Virus record (IMG/VR): IMGVR_UViG_3300023181_000025
Location: 1-64,000 of that record
DNA length: 64,000 nt
Reading direction: 5' to 3' (one strand)
In this document: piece by piece, positions 37,455 through 47,939 of the stretch
Layout of the letters: each line of letters begins with the position of its first letter
Position numbering within the stretch: position 1 is the stretch's first letter
Position numbers and translations under genes: made by a program
The notes under the pieces: generated by a model
Database searches by the model: none
The model's input: only the letters and a program-made list of their open reading frames with translations
Told to the model about the DNA's origin: nothing

Positions 37455-37455
37455 T

Positions 37456-39966
37456 ATGGCTGTTAAAAATATAAATGAAATTTCGATTACTGGGTTTTCC
37501 CATTTAATTCTTTATGCGTTTTCTTATCAGCCGGGGTTCGCAGATTCATACGGAACCGTGGAGGCTCAATTTATCTCTGAAAACGGTGTTTTTCCTTCAG
37601 TAAATGTAATGGATCATAGTTATTTTCCTATATATTTTAAAAATGATGCGGGAACACAACAGCTCTTGGGAAATTTTACTGTAATTACTTCTACGGAATC
37701 TGCTGATGGAAAACTTAAAACATTGTCTGTGAAATTTGCGGATAGATCTGTTGAATTAGATAGATACATTGTTGCTCTACGGGGAGAGACGGGTTATGAT
37801 TCATTAGAATATAACTCATTGTCGGCAAAAGAAAAGACACGGATTATAGGCGCAATTTCTCCCGGAGGAAGGGTTTTATGGGTTGGAGAAAGCGACGAAA
37901 ACTGTAAAGAAGAAATCTCCGGTGGAGATGGAACGGATTTATGTGATCCATGTCCAGAGAAATTAACTCATGCCATGTATAGGCAACTTGATTGCGAGCA
38001 ATATTATCTTAACAATAGAAGAATATACAAATACAATTCTACTGATTTAGCTACAGCGGCGGCGGCAACTGGATTAGCGTTTGTTGGCTTTCCTTCTTCT
38101 GGTTTATATAAATTTCAATATTCAGGAACACTTAGACAAGTATTAAATAATATATGCTCTGAATTAGGCTATAGTTTTTGCTATAATCCTTCTACTAACC
38201 AGCTAAATTTTTTAAGAACTAGTGCGGGTATTTCTATAAATATAAAAAATCTTGAAAGCCCTGAAAATAAATGTAAAATACTTTCAAAACAAGTAACTAA
38301 ATCTCGTGAATCCTCAAAAAGCGTTTGGGGGGTTGCTGGTTTCAGTAGAGATTCGGAGGAAAAGAGATATACCTGTGGTCTTAATACGTGCCGCAAAATT
38401 CAATTAATGCCATTTACTCTGACGGATATCCTACCCAATGCTGCGCATTTTTCGGGCTCTGCAAATGGATTTTCACGATTGGAATTTTACTCTATGCTCA
38501 ATCATAGACTGGGAAAAGGTATTAGAGATCTAATGGTTTGGGCACAAGAGTATCAAATAAGGACTGATGTTACGACAGAAGCAAAAATTGGACAAAAATT
38601 AAACTACTTAAATGGTATGACCATTAAAAAGGTTTTTAGCGTCAATTCCGCAGATGAGCAAAGTAAATATGTTTATAGGTTAATGCTAAGGATTTTATCT
38701 GCTAAGGATTTTGATGCAATGAGAAATATTTCCGCCACCAAAAAATCATTTTTCTTTGTGGCGGAAACTAATGAAAAATATGAAGAAAAGATTAATAACT
38801 TAGAAACCTCTATAGCTGGAAATTTTCTTGGGCAATATTGGATAAGAAGGTTTAAGGAGCATTGGAATAGTCTTAGTTATCAAACAGTTTCCCCCGATGG
38901 TTCTATAAACTATTATGACTTTAAAGCGCCAATTAATCTACCATTTTCTGATATAGTTTTTGAAGCTTATGAGACATTAAACGGAAGCCCATTACTTGAC
39001 TTAGCCTCGGGATCAACTCCCGATGGATTAGAGGCCAAGGATACATTTTTTCTTATGAGTAGGCCCGCTGCCGCATGGCCAGTTAATTATAGCGATGCAT
39101 TATTAGGCCAAATTGAGTCACAAGTTTCAAAATATCTATTCAAAGAGATTTCTGTTCCAAGCGGAATAAGCAACTATATTAAAGACATCGTGCCTACTTA
39201 TGATCCGACTACACATAAATTATTTATTGTGGAGTCTCCGCTTGAAGATGTTACTGTATCTTTAGCTATTGGAAACTCTGATCATCCGGGCGAAGAGGAA
39301 AATCTGAATTTACCTACAGTTGTTTGTAATAAACGAACATCTTACGGTTTAAGAAGCTCAAATACGAAAAGATTTTCAGTTACATTGGGCTCCGTAAGTT
39401 TTGAAATATATTTACCTGCTCAATCAAGTGTTGATGGCAACAAATCAGGATATAATGCAATTTTAGAAAAAACTGGAGAGGACGGAACCTATGTTATTCC
39501 AAAAATAGAGGCTTTTGCTTCTTCTCCGGTTCCTACATATTCTTCCCCAAGTTTAACGGGAGAACTTAATCTATACAATGCAACAGAAAATGATTTAAGC
39601 TTATTGTCCGTTGAATCAGGAATAGGCTATTGTGACATGGACCCCGGAAAAATACAAAACTTACTTAATCCCTTGAGGTCTTTAAACACATATACTATTG
39701 GACAAACTGAAGAGAGGCAATACACAATTGAAGGTTTCCCAAAAGATTTTTACTACCCTATTGACGGGCTTAAGTCTATAAATGTAAGCTTGGGGTCTGA
39801 AGGACTTAAGACAACTTTATCTTTTAGCAATTCTTTTCCATTTAAACTCACCTCTGAACAATATATAAAAACTCTGAACAATTTGAGACTTAGAAATCTT
39901 GAAAAAACTCCTTCCGGCTCCTATAACCACGTTATCTCTACTGATTTACCTGAGGTTGACTATTAA
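37456..39966 (+). CDS. Baseplate hub/tail-tip protein
   Basis: YSGTLRQVLNNICSELGYSF and GLKTTLSFS patterns typical of hub-like proteins; synteny. Confidence 0.55.
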   Translation: MAVKNINEISITGFSHLILYAFSYQPGFADSYGTVEAQFISENGVFPSVNVMDHSYFPIYFKNDAGTQQLLGNFTVITSTESADGKLKTLSVKFADRSVELDRYIVALRGETGYDSLEYNSLSAKEKTRIIGAISPGGRVLWVGESDENCKEEISGGDGTDLCDPCPEKLTHAMYRQLDCEQYYLNNRRIYKYNSTDLATAAAATGLAFVGFPSSGLYKFQYSGTLRQVLNNICSELGYSFCYNPSTNQLNFLRTSAGISINIKNLESPENKCKILSKQVTKSRESSKSVWGVAGFSRDSEEKRYTCGLNTCRKIQLMPFTLTDILPNAAHFSGSANGFSRLEFYSMLNHRLGKGIRDLMVWAQEYQIRTDVTTEAKIGQKLNYLNGMTIKKVFSVNSADEQSKYVYRLMLRILSAKDFDAMRNISATKKSFFFVAETNEKYEEKINNLETSIAGNFLGQYWIRRFKEHWNSLSYQTVSPDGSINYYDFKAPINLPFSDIVFEAYETLNGSPLLDLASGSTPDGLEAKDTFFLMSRPAAAWPVNYSDALLGQIESQVSKYLFKEISVPSGISNYIKDIVPTYDPTTHKLFIVESPLEDVTVSLAIGNSDHPGEEENLNLPTVVCNKRTSYGLRSSNTKRFSVTLGSVSFEIYLPAQSSVDGNKSGYNAILEKTGEDGTYVIPKIEAFASSPVPTYSSPSLTGELNLYNATENDLSLLSVESGIGYCDMDPGKIQNLLNPLRSLNTYTIGQTEERQYTIEGFPKDFYYPIDGLKSINVSLGSEGLKTTLSFSNSFPFKLTSEQYIKTLNNLRLRNLEKTPSGSYNHVISTDLPEVDY

Positions 39967-40586
39967 TGAAAACGTATTTAAGAAATTTTTACCCACAAGA
40001 TTCTTCTCTTATCGCGGAAATGAATTATATTGACTTGGGATCAAAGTTTTCGAATTTTGGGCTAATTGGAGAAGAGTATAGCATTATATTTAATTTAGTA
40101 AATAGGAATCTTTTTTTTGAAAATAGTTTTATAGGGTCTTTGGGAAATAGTAATTCAGTGCATTTAAAGGTATTATGTGAAAATTCTGTTATATACATAC
40201 TATTGAATGAAATTCCAGTTAAAAATATTAATAAGAAATTTAAATTTTACAAAGTTTTTTGTGAATCGGAAGATAATTTTAATTTCATAGAAAATATTAA
40301 AGGTATTATACCTAAAATTGAATTAAATTTTTCGGAATGGAAAAAAGATGGCAGTGGAGAGATAAGTATAAATATAGATTTGGAGCATGATCTTGAAATA
40401 TATAATCTTGGTTCGGATTCACTCTATGCAAATATATTAAACTATCCTAGAACAGTATCAAAAAAAAATCCAGGAAAAATAATAATAAATTACGAAGGTA
40501 AAAGAAAATTTTGCTCTGAAGAAACTATAGTTTTCTATACTTCTGCTGGAATCTATAAAACAAACTTAAAGATAGACTATAAATAA
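39966..40586 (+). CDS. Hypothetical AT-rich protein
   Basis: ORF abutting both neighbours. Confidence 0.55.
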   Translation: MKTYLRNFYPQDSSLIAEMNYIDLGSKFSNFGLIGEEYSIIFNLVNRNLFFENSFIGSLGNSNSVHLKVLCENSVIYILLNEIPVKNINKKFKFYKVFCESEDNFNFIENIKGIIPKIELNFSEWKKDGSGEISINIDLEHDLEIYNLGSDSLYANILNYPRTVSKKNPGKIIINYEGKRKFCSEETIVFYTSAGIYKTNLKIDYK

Positions 40587-42176
40587 ATGAGTTTAAAGAA
40601 TAGTGCATCCTTTTCTTCTAATAGGCAGTCTCTTCAGTCCGATTCTTCTTTCGGCCCTTTTGAAGTAATCGACATGGGTGGGGGAAAAGTTGGAGTTAAT
40701 CAAGGCGTTATAATAAATAAAAGTGGGACTTTTTATATTGACTCTGATGACTTTTTAAGTCCAGCGAAACCGCAAAATTTATTGAGCGGTCCTGTTGTAG
40801 GGGCACAATTGCTAACCGTTCAAAATAACGGATTTGTTTGCATATTAATTTCGCCTAAAGCAACAGAAGACCCGGCCAAGCATGAGTATGAGGCCAGACT
40901 TGTTTATAGGTCTCCTGCCGATTTGCAAGGGGAATCCGGGCAAGTAATAAAATTGGCTAAAATCAGATCAATAGATTCTAGTTCTCCTGGGCAGGCTATA
41001 GATGTTGAAAATCTTTATGTTGGAAATATAATTATAAACGAGGGATCTTATCATGCATATCAAGTCATAGTTGATTCTGGAGTTCAGAAAGTTTATGTTG
41101 CAAATGGAAGCGTGGCAGCAACGATGCTTTGTGGTGATGAGGTGGTTACCGAGCCAATGATACCATACATTGGGGATGGCGGAGAAACAGAAAGTGGCGG
41201 ATTTATGGGATCTTGGGGTTTTGGAGGTTTCGATACCTCTTCTTCTTATGGAGTTTATGTTAAATTCGACTTTAGGGGTGCGGTGGTAGAAATTGTAGAA
41301 AACGACGAGGAATTAGAGCTTAAAGACTGTGAACGGGCATTTCAAGTTGCTAGGTTTAAATTGAAGAACGCAAGCTCTGGAGGAGGTTTGGTTGCGGATT
41401 ACATCACACAATATTGGCATAGTGATGTTTACTCTATGTTTGAAAAGTTTAATGAAAGTGAGGGCGGATGTTGTAATTCGAATGATGACTCTGGGGGTTC
41501 AGACGACGGCTCAGATGATTCAAGTGGTGGTGGCGATGGAAGCTCTGGCGATTCAGATGGCGATTCGGGTGATTCAGAAGGTTCTGAGGGTTCAGAAGGT
41601 GATAGTTCAGATGACGATTCGGATGATGATTCTTCGAGAGAATGTGATGATTTACTTGTGATGTCAAATTTAAGAGTTGTTGATGAAAATTATTATGGAT
41701 TTGGATGGAGTGGAAAATGTTTTGATGATCCTAGTGCCTCAAGTGCTCAGGGATCTATTGAAGTTGTTGTTGATTATGCTCCACTATGCACAAATTGTGC
41801 CAAGCATACTTATGTAGAAATTACGTGTAGTGGATTAGGAACTAAAAGACAAGTTGTCCCAATTGGTTCTTTTGGCGGAGTTCCGGGAGGAATGACTCCG
41901 GGAGGGTTTATAAAAGTAAAATTTGATTTCAGCTTAATTTTTCCTTGCACTGATTATGTTATAAGAGCTGTATTTTACCTCGTAAATGGGCCAAACTTAG
42001 ATACTCAGTTCCCATGCGAGGCAGAAAGCCCTGATCCCGATGATTTTGTTTATGAGAGTCTTATGAAAACAATATCTTGGAAATCAAGGGGTTATTGTGG
42101 AGATGGGATTGATTGCGAGAGTGGAGTTGATTCTTTAGTTTCCGATGAAGACGAAGAAGATCTTCCGTGGGCTTAA
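40587..42176 (+). CDS. Tail-associated protein with Ser/Asp/Gly low-complexity linker and Cys-rich C-terminal domain
   Basis: Last gene of the tail block; 53-aa S/D/G/E tract. Confidence 0.55.
   Translation: MSLKNSASFSSNRQSLQSDSSFGPFEVIDMGGGKVGVNQGVIINKSGTFYIDSDDFLSPAKPQNLLSGPVVGAQLLTVQNNGFVCILISPKATEDPAKHEYEARLVYRSPADLQGESGQVIKLAKIRSIDSSSPGQAIDVENLYVGNIIINEGSYHAYQVIVDSGVQKVYVANGSVAATMLCGDEVVTEPMIPYIGDGGETESGGFMGSWGFGGFDTSSSYGVYVKFDFRGAVVEIVENDEELELKDCERAFQVARFKLKNASSGGGLVADYITQYWHSDVYSMFEKFNESEGGCCNSNDDSGGSDDGSDDSSGGGDGSSGDSDGDSGDSEGSEGSEGDSSDDDSDDDSSRECDDLLVMSNLRVVDENYYGFGWSGKCFDDPSASSAQGSIEVVVDYAPLCTNCAKHTYVEITCSGLGTKRQVVPIGSFGGVPGGMTPGGFIKVKFDFSLIFPCTDYVIRAVFYLVNGPNLDTQFPCEAESPDPDDFVYESLMKTISWKSRGYCGDGIDCESGVDSLVSDEDEEDLPWA
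41478..41636 (+). repeat. Low-complexity Ser/Asp/Gly coding tract
   Basis: SNDDSGGSDDGSDDSSGGGDGSSGDSDGDSGDSEGSEGSEGDSSDDDSDDDSS (18 Ser in 53 aa). Confidence 0.9.
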
Positions 42177-42184
42177 TAATTAAA

Positions 42185-42214
42185 CTTGACAAATTGTCAA
42201 GAATAATATAATAT
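42185..42214 (+). promoter_or_regulatory. sigma70-type near-leaderless promoter whose -35 lies in a perfect palindrome
   Basis: CTTGACAA-A-TTGTCAAG; TTGACA-N17-TAATAT; ATG 7 nt downstream. Confidence 0.7.
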
Positions 42215-42221
42215 ATTTATT

Positions 42222-43985
42222 ATGATATTTGATGAGTATTTTGATAGAGTCGTTATATTAAGTCTTAATAACGAAGAAGGAAAGAAACGTTCCGAAAGAG
42301 CTATTAGAGAGTTAAAAGATAAAAATTTAAGCCAGAATGCTATAGTTTACCGTGCGGTAGACGGTAGAATATGCCGCCCACCTGATTGGTGGCCTGCCGG
42401 TCAAGGAGCTTGGGGGTGTCTCCAAAGCCATAACAGAATGGTTCAGGATGCTCTTCAAGATCAATGTAAATCTATTCTTATAATTGAGGATGACGCTATA
42501 TGGCAATCGAATGCTTATGATTTAGCAAAACAAGTTCTAGAAGAATTGCCAGATGATTGGGGTCAACTTTATTTAGGTGGGCAGCATCGGGGAGCTTTTG
42601 GTCCAACTAAAATACCCGGAAAAGATTCTATTGTAGTCGCAAATAGTATTCATAGAACTCATTGCTATGCACTAAACGCAAAAATTATGAGAAAATTCCT
42701 TAAACATATAATGGATTTCCCTGAGTATTCGAGAGCATTTAAGGAAAGCGACCAAAGAAGACATATCGACCATCAATTAGAGGAGGCGCACAGAAATAAA
42801 CTATGGAAAACTTATGCCTCTTCATGGTGGCTTGCAGGTCAAGGAGAAAATAAGAGTCATATAAATCTTAAAGAAAATACTGATAAATGGTGGCATTTTG
42901 TATGGGAGGATAACCACAGGGGAATTCCAATAATTATTATGGATCGCACCCCGACTAACCATGAGTTAAAATATTTACATTTTGGATATAATTTAACAGA
43001 AGAAGATCAAACTATAGATATCGGTGTAAGCGGCGCGAAGGACGCCAAGGCTTTAAACAGAGCTATTGAGTTTATTGCTATAGAGGGGTATAAGTTACAA
43101 AGGTTTCCTTGTGTTAATGTAAATGATAATAAGGACAAAATTGGTTGGATAAATGGTTTTTGGAAAGCCGGGGTTATAAATCTATCTTCCGGTCCAGACT
43201 TGGAAAAAATGTCAGATTTTGTAAATTCGAAAATAATTAACCATTACTGGATTAACCCACCTAAGGTTTTATCTGATGTTTTCTACTTGGATGAAAGTGA
43301 GTTTGAAATAATACCCAACAAAACGATCCACCAAATTTCATTAGATAGCAATCATTATAGAGACGATCTTAAATTTTGTTCTGAATCCGTAAAAACATGT
43401 TTTTTTCAGAATCCTTATAAACTATGGCAAGAGCGCGATATTCTTCATGGACTTGTGGGGAAATCTATTGCTCCAGAAGTAATTATAAATAAAGACAATT
43501 ATTATAGTCCCGAAGTTAGATCGGCTTTTATAAAATTAGAAATACTAAGACAGTTTGGGGGGTTGGTGTTAGATTTGGATATAGCCATATATAAGCCTGA
43601 GATTTCTCAGATTTTTAATGGGGATAAATTTATCTATTCTGATAGCGATATAGGAAAATGCTCTAATTCAATTATGTATGCTAGAAAAAATAATTTATTA
43701 GTGGAACTGTATTTAAGGAGAATGAGTGTTCAATTGCTGGATAACGGGGATGTTGATCCTATTAAATCTATGAGAGAATCTTTAGACTTTTATGTAAATA
43801 AGTGGAATGTTGAATCCACTTTAGAAATTTCTGGACAGTTGGTTGGCAATATATACAAAAACGGAAATGTTGTATTTTTACCTCATCAATCCTTTTTTCC
43901 TTATCAAAGAAAAACAGATTCAATGGAGACGTTTAAATTAGAAAATTACACTAAGGCATTTGCTGCCAAACATTGGAGAATATAA
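42222..43985 (+). CDS. Two-domain glycosyltransferase (GT25-like plus GT32/DXD-like)
   Basis: FDRVVILSL...RAVDG...GAWGCLQSH...ILIIEDDA...LYLGG...THCYA; C-terminal IPNKTIHQI...EILRQFGGLVLDLD. Confidence 0.8.
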   Translation: MIFDEYFDRVVILSLNNEEGKKRSERAIRELKDKNLSQNAIVYRAVDGRICRPPDWWPAGQGAWGCLQSHNRMVQDALQDQCKSILIIEDDAIWQSNAYDLAKQVLEELPDDWGQLYLGGQHRGAFGPTKIPGKDSIVVANSIHRTHCYALNAKIMRKFLKHIMDFPEYSRAFKESDQRRHIDHQLEEAHRNKLWKTYASSWWLAGQGENKSHINLKENTDKWWHFVWEDNHRGIPIIIMDRTPTNHELKYLHFGYNLTEEDQTIDIGVSGAKDAKALNRAIEFIAIEGYKLQRFPCVNVNDNKDKIGWINGFWKAGVINLSSGPDLEKMSDFVNSKIINHYWINPPKVLSDVFYLDESEFEIIPNKTIHQISLDSNHYRDDLKFCSESVKTCFFQNPYKLWQERDILHGLVGKSIAPEVIINKDNYYSPEVRSAFIKLEILRQFGGLVLDLDIAIYKPEISQIFNGDKFIYSDSDIGKCSNSIMYARKNNLLVELYLRRMSVQLLDNGDVDPIKSMRESLDFYVNKWNVESTLEISGQLVGNIYKNGNVVFLPHQSFFPYQRKTDSMETFKLENYTKAFAAKHWRI

Positions 43986-43986
43986 T

Positions 43987-44622
43987 ATGATACCAATAGA
44001 CTCCATACAAGTTATTAGTTTGCCAGAAAGGCATGATAGAAGAGAGATTCTTATTCCACTAATTAAACGAGCCATTAAATTAGGAATTTTTCCTGATATT
44101 GAGATAGAAATTATTAATAGGTTCCCTGTTGATGTTACAATGGTTCCTTCTTGGTGGAAGGATACTGAGGGGTATTATAGGTCTACACGAGAGCATATAG
44201 AAATATTACAAAATCTTTATCAACGAAAATCGAGTTTGGCTATGATTTTTGAAGATGACGCTTTGATACATGAAAATTTCTATTCCGGTGTAGAAGAATT
44301 TTATCAAGATATAAATAATTTGCGTCCCGATTGGGCTGCTTTATTTTTAGGGGGAAGAGACGAGAAAATGAAAGGAAGATTTCCAATTAATGCAATATCG
44401 TCCTTAAATAGAGGTTGTCTTGGAAGTCATGCTTATATTGTAAATCCTTACGGAATAAGAACTCTCCATGACAAGGCTTCAAAATGCGAAGAAATTATTG
44501 ATTGGTCTTATATGCGTTTAATGGGATCTATGTCCTGTTTTTATTCTCCGAGAAATTACATGGTAGGAACCCAAGCAGGGTGGTCAGATAATATGAAAAA
44601 ATACGTTCAAGAAGAAAATTAA
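43987..44622 (+). CDS. GT25-like glycosyltransferase
   Basis: VISLPERHDRR, MIFEDDA, LFLGG, GSHAYIV; probable start ATG 43987. Confidence 0.8.
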   Translation: MIPIDSIQVISLPERHDRREILIPLIKRAIKLGIFPDIEIEIINRFPVDVTMVPSWWKDTEGYYRSTREHIEILQNLYQRKSSLAMIFEDDALIHENFYSGVEEFYQDINNLRPDWAALFLGGRDEKMKGRFPINAISSLNRGCLGSHAYIVNPYGIRTLHDKASKCEEIIDWSYMRLMGSMSCFYSPRNYMVGTQAGWSDNMKKYVQEEN

Positions 44623-44624
44623 AA

Positions 44625-45830
44625 ATGAGTGAAATCAATAGATTTTATGAAATTTATAAAAATAAAATTAACCAAAACGAGTCTTCAACTGCTCTAATAA
44701 ACTTTCTTGATGAAAATTTATCATATAAATGTAAAACCGTATTAGATTTAGGTTGTGGGAATTTAGAATGGATTTCCAAGTGTGAGAGCATTAAAAACGC
44801 AAATTTATATTACTTGGGTGTAGATATAATTCCCGAACTAATAAAATATAACGAAGCTTTATATCCTTGGTTTAATGGTGTATGTGAAGATTTAGAGAGT
44901 TTTATTAAATGGCCAAAAGCGGATATAGTTATATTAAGAGATGTTTTAAAATATCATTGTAATAATACCGCTCGCGATATTATAATGTATTCCCTTTATA
45001 ATAAATGGGAATATTTAATTATATCAACCACTAAAAATGATATATCTAATTTTAAAAGAAAAAAAATAAGGGGCGGGAACTCTGAAGAATTTAATATTTT
45101 AGAGAGTTTTAAGTTTTTTGAATTTCCTATAATGAGAATAGAAAGAAAAAATTGTATGGATCTGGTTATAGCAAGGGGTGAAGGGCATTTTGATTATATT
45201 GAAATTGGGATATCTCACTTTGATACCATTCTACATAAGTCAATAAGGAATCATAAATCCCATAACCCTCCTTGGAAAGGAATTAGTATGGATGGTGTTT
45301 CATTCTTTTTGGATAAACTTCCCACTCAACAGGAAAACATTAAAGTTTTAGGTTGTATGGGATTACAAGAAGGATGTGGGGAGATATATTATATAGACCC
45401 TGACCAATATAAGCCGAAAAGAATTCCGGTTTATTTAAGTGGTTACTCTAAACTTAATTCTCTACATGAAGTTTGTGTTGATAATTTAAATTCCCTATCA
45501 ATCTCCCCTGAAGAAGTTGTCTTAAAACAGGAGACCCCTATAATTTCTGCGGAATATTTAATAAAAAAATATAGCATCAAAACAATTGGTTATTTGAAGC
45601 TACAAACCAATGATAATGATTTAGAAATTTTATCTTATTTTATTGAGTGCTTCAAAGATAATTATGATTTACTTCCGGGAAAAATATCTCTCAGAATGCC
45701 AAGAAAAGACAGGTATAAACAAAGCTTATTTATACAAGTCATGAATTTTTTTAAGCTGAAGGGGTATATAATAGACGAGGCAAATAATTTAGATATTATA
45801 TTCACAAGGTATATTTCATATATACCCTGA
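44625..45830 (+). CDS. Class I SAM-dependent methyltransferase fused to an FkbM-like domain
   Basis: VLDLGCG, YLGVDI, RDVLKYH; second half DYIEIG...GISMD...IGYLKLQT (degenerate FkbM-like). Confidence 0.65.
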   Translation: MSEINRFYEIYKNKINQNESSTALINFLDENLSYKCKTVLDLGCGNLEWISKCESIKNANLYYLGVDIIPELIKYNEALYPWFNGVCEDLESFIKWPKADIVILRDVLKYHCNNTARDIIMYSLYNKWEYLIISTTKNDISNFKRKKIRGGNSEEFNILESFKFFEFPIMRIERKNCMDLVIARGEGHFDYIEIGISHFDTILHKSIRNHKSHNPPWKGISMDGVSFFLDKLPTQQENIKVLGCMGLQEGCGEIYYIDPDQYKPKRIPVYLSGYSKLNSLHEVCVDNLNSLSISPEEVVLKQETPIISAEYLIKKYSIKTIGYLKLQTNDNDLEILSYFIECFKDNYDLLPGKISLRMPRKDRYKQSLFIQVMNFFKLKGYIIDEANNLDIIFTRYISYIP

Positions 45831-46562
45831 GAACCTGTCTTTTTCAGATACATAGTCTGAAAGAATTAAATTGACTGGAGTTCCTAGTGCTATGCTTGGA
45901 AGATATACATGGAGTCTCGAAGTGTTTACTTGTGAAGCCTGAGATATAAAATTTACTCTTTTTAAAGCTAAATCTATTCTTTCTTGGAAACCTTTTCCTT
46001 TTAGGTTATTATCAATTTGCTGAATTGAACTTGAATATGTTTTATAATTTAAAAGATTATCTATATCGTAAGAGCCTTCTCTTTGTCCTGTATATTTTGG
46101 GAATGTCAAAGATATGCAGCCTCCGAATTCCGCATCGACTCCGCATTTCCTTAAAAAATCTCTGGTAGCTATATCCCGGCACATCGCGGGAAAACCTTGT
46201 TGCTTTACCATAGATTTGAACCACTCTCTTTTAGCATAGGCATTTTTTTGCCTAATGTCTCGGCAGTGATAACTTGCTATAATAACGTCTGTTTTACATG
46301 GCAGAACGTCTCTTCCTATCCATCCACACAAGAGAACAAGAGAATCTTTCGGCCAAGTAGAAAATTCGTCCCTTGAGACAAAATTATTGACGCCAAAAAA
46401 ACTTGAAGCAGCTAGTGATTGAATATCATCCCCTAAATTATTAGAACCTAATGCAATTGGAATATGGGTGACTTGATTTAAAAAAGATTCCCGCAACCAA
46501 GATAAATTCATTGGTTGCGGGAAAGTATTTTCGTTTATATCGTTTTGAAGGATCTTAATCAT
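45816..46562 (-). CDS. Polysaccharide pyruvyltransferase-family protein
   Basis: NLGDDIQS, CRD..T, TSRLHVYLP...LGTPV. Confidence 0.8.
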   Translation of the reverse strand: MIKILQNDINENTFPQPMNLSWLRESFLNQVTHIPIALGSNNLGDDIQSLAASSFFGVNNFVSRDEFSTWPKDSLVLLCGWIGRDVLPCKTDVIIASYHCRDIRQKNAYAKREWFKSMVKQQGFPAMCRDIATRDFLRKCGVDAEFGGCISLTFPKYTGQREGSYDIDNLLNYKTYSSSIQQIDNNLKGKGFQERIDLALKRVNFISQASQVNTSRLHVYLPSIALGTPVNLILSDYVSEKDRFSGYI

Positions 46563-47269
46563 TCAAATTCTTCTTTATCCGCCGCTTCGATGATGGAAAT
46601 TCTGTCTTCCTGATATTGGAAACTATGGCGGGGACCATCATAGTAAGCAAGGGGGCTTTTTAGAGAGAACTTCTGGTTCTCTATATCGAACTCTAACTCT
46701 ATAATTTCACAGTTTTTAGGGTTTCTTATAAGCTCAAACTCTTCAACAGATAAGTTCAAAAGGCTCATTAAGTGAACCCTTATGAACATACCATGACTTA
46801 CAATCCCTATATTTGGAGGGCAATCCTTTTCGTTAAGTCGATTTATTAATTCTGTTAAATTAAATAACTCCGCTCTTTCATAAACATCTGCGCAACTTTC
46901 GCCTCCCGGAAACCTATAATGGAAAACTCCCCATTTAAGCCGTTCCCTTTCGAGATCCATATTGGAGTGTGTCCCTACACTGTTAGTCCACTCTTGTTCC
47001 CTAATTAAAGGGGTTTCTTTTTTTCGTATTACTTTATTTTTTAAAGTTTTCGAAATATTGAAAAAGGTCTGTCTTGTCCTGTGGTGCGTAGAAACGAAAA
47101 AATCAAATTCGCCATCAATTTTAGATAAGATTTTTCCCGCTTTTTGAGCTTGTTCTGTTCCCCTTTTGGTAAGTTTTATGGCATAGTCAGGTGTATCGCT
47201 ATAAATATTATGATTAATATTTCCTTCGCTTTCTGCATGTCTCACCAAAAGTATTCTTTTATTCTTCAT
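46559..47269 (-). CDS. Histidine phosphatase (phosphoglycerate mutase superfamily)
   Basis: LLVRHAESEGN, IREQEW, FPGGES, IVSHG; probable start ATG 47269. Confidence 0.9.
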   Translation of the reverse strand: MKNKRILLVRHAESEGNINHNIYSDTPDYAIKLTKRGTEQAQKAGKILSKIDGEFDFFVSTHHRTRQTFFNISKTLKNKVIRKKETPLIREQEWTNSVGTHSNMDLERERLKWGVFHYRFPGGESCADVYERAELFNLTELINRLNEKDCPPNIGIVSHGMFIRVHLMSLLNLSVEEFELIRNPKNCEIIELEFDIENQKFSLKSPLAYYDGPRHSFQYQEDRISIIEAADKEEFE

Positions 47270-47270
47270 A

Positions 47271-47933
47271 TTAATGGTGGTCATAGATTTTAACTGGCTT
47301 GCTTTTCATAATTTTGTCAATTTCATCAAGCCAGAAAAAACTTCTACTCGTATGCTTAATTGCGTTTTCAACCCCACAATCCAACATTTTCCCAAAGTCC
47401 TTTTCTTCTGGGTTTAGTTGAGGGCAATTTGAGTGGCTATGCCCAAAGAGGGCCGGTAACTCGTATTTCATTTTATCCCAAATAAGTGGCGCAAAATGCG
47501 AGCAAAAATATGTCCTTTTATTGGCGACCATGAAAAACTGATCCCCTAAAATATATTTACCCTCTTCAATTTCAATTGGGAAAATGTCTTGTCTGACTCC
47601 CAGAACGTTTTGCGGGTTTTGAAACTTGACTGCTTCATCATACATTTGTTTAATACCTGATGGATGATTTCCAAAAAGAAACAATGTTCTACATGGTATT
47701 TCTCGAACTAGATTCGCTACATCTGTATTGTCGGCATTGAGAGCAAAATCCCCTAAAGAAATTAAAATGTCATCTGGCTTTAGTAGCTTCCAGTCTTCGC
47801 GAATCTTAGATAGATTTTCTTCTCTATTTTTAAAACCTCTTGGGCAATAAAGAAATTCTTTGTTGTGGTAAGCATGTTGATCCGATTGGACCGCTATACG
47901 GCCAAATTTTAAATTGTCTAGATTGATCTTCAT
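47271..47933 (-). CDS. Calcineurin-like metallophosphoesterase
   Basis: SDQH, LGD, GNH, SH, GHSH. Confidence 0.85.
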   Translation of the reverse strand: MKINLDNLKFGRIAVQSDQHAYHNKEFLYCPRGFKNREENLSKIREDWKLLKPDDILISLGDFALNADNTDVANLVREIPCRTLFLFGNHPSGIKQMYDEAVKFQNPQNVLGVRQDIFPIEIEEGKYILGDQFFMVANKRTYFCSHFAPLIWDKMKYELPALFGHSHSNCPQLNPEEKDFGKMLDCGVENAIKHTSRSFFWLDEIDKIMKSKPVKIYDHH

Positions 47934-47939
47934 GCCACG

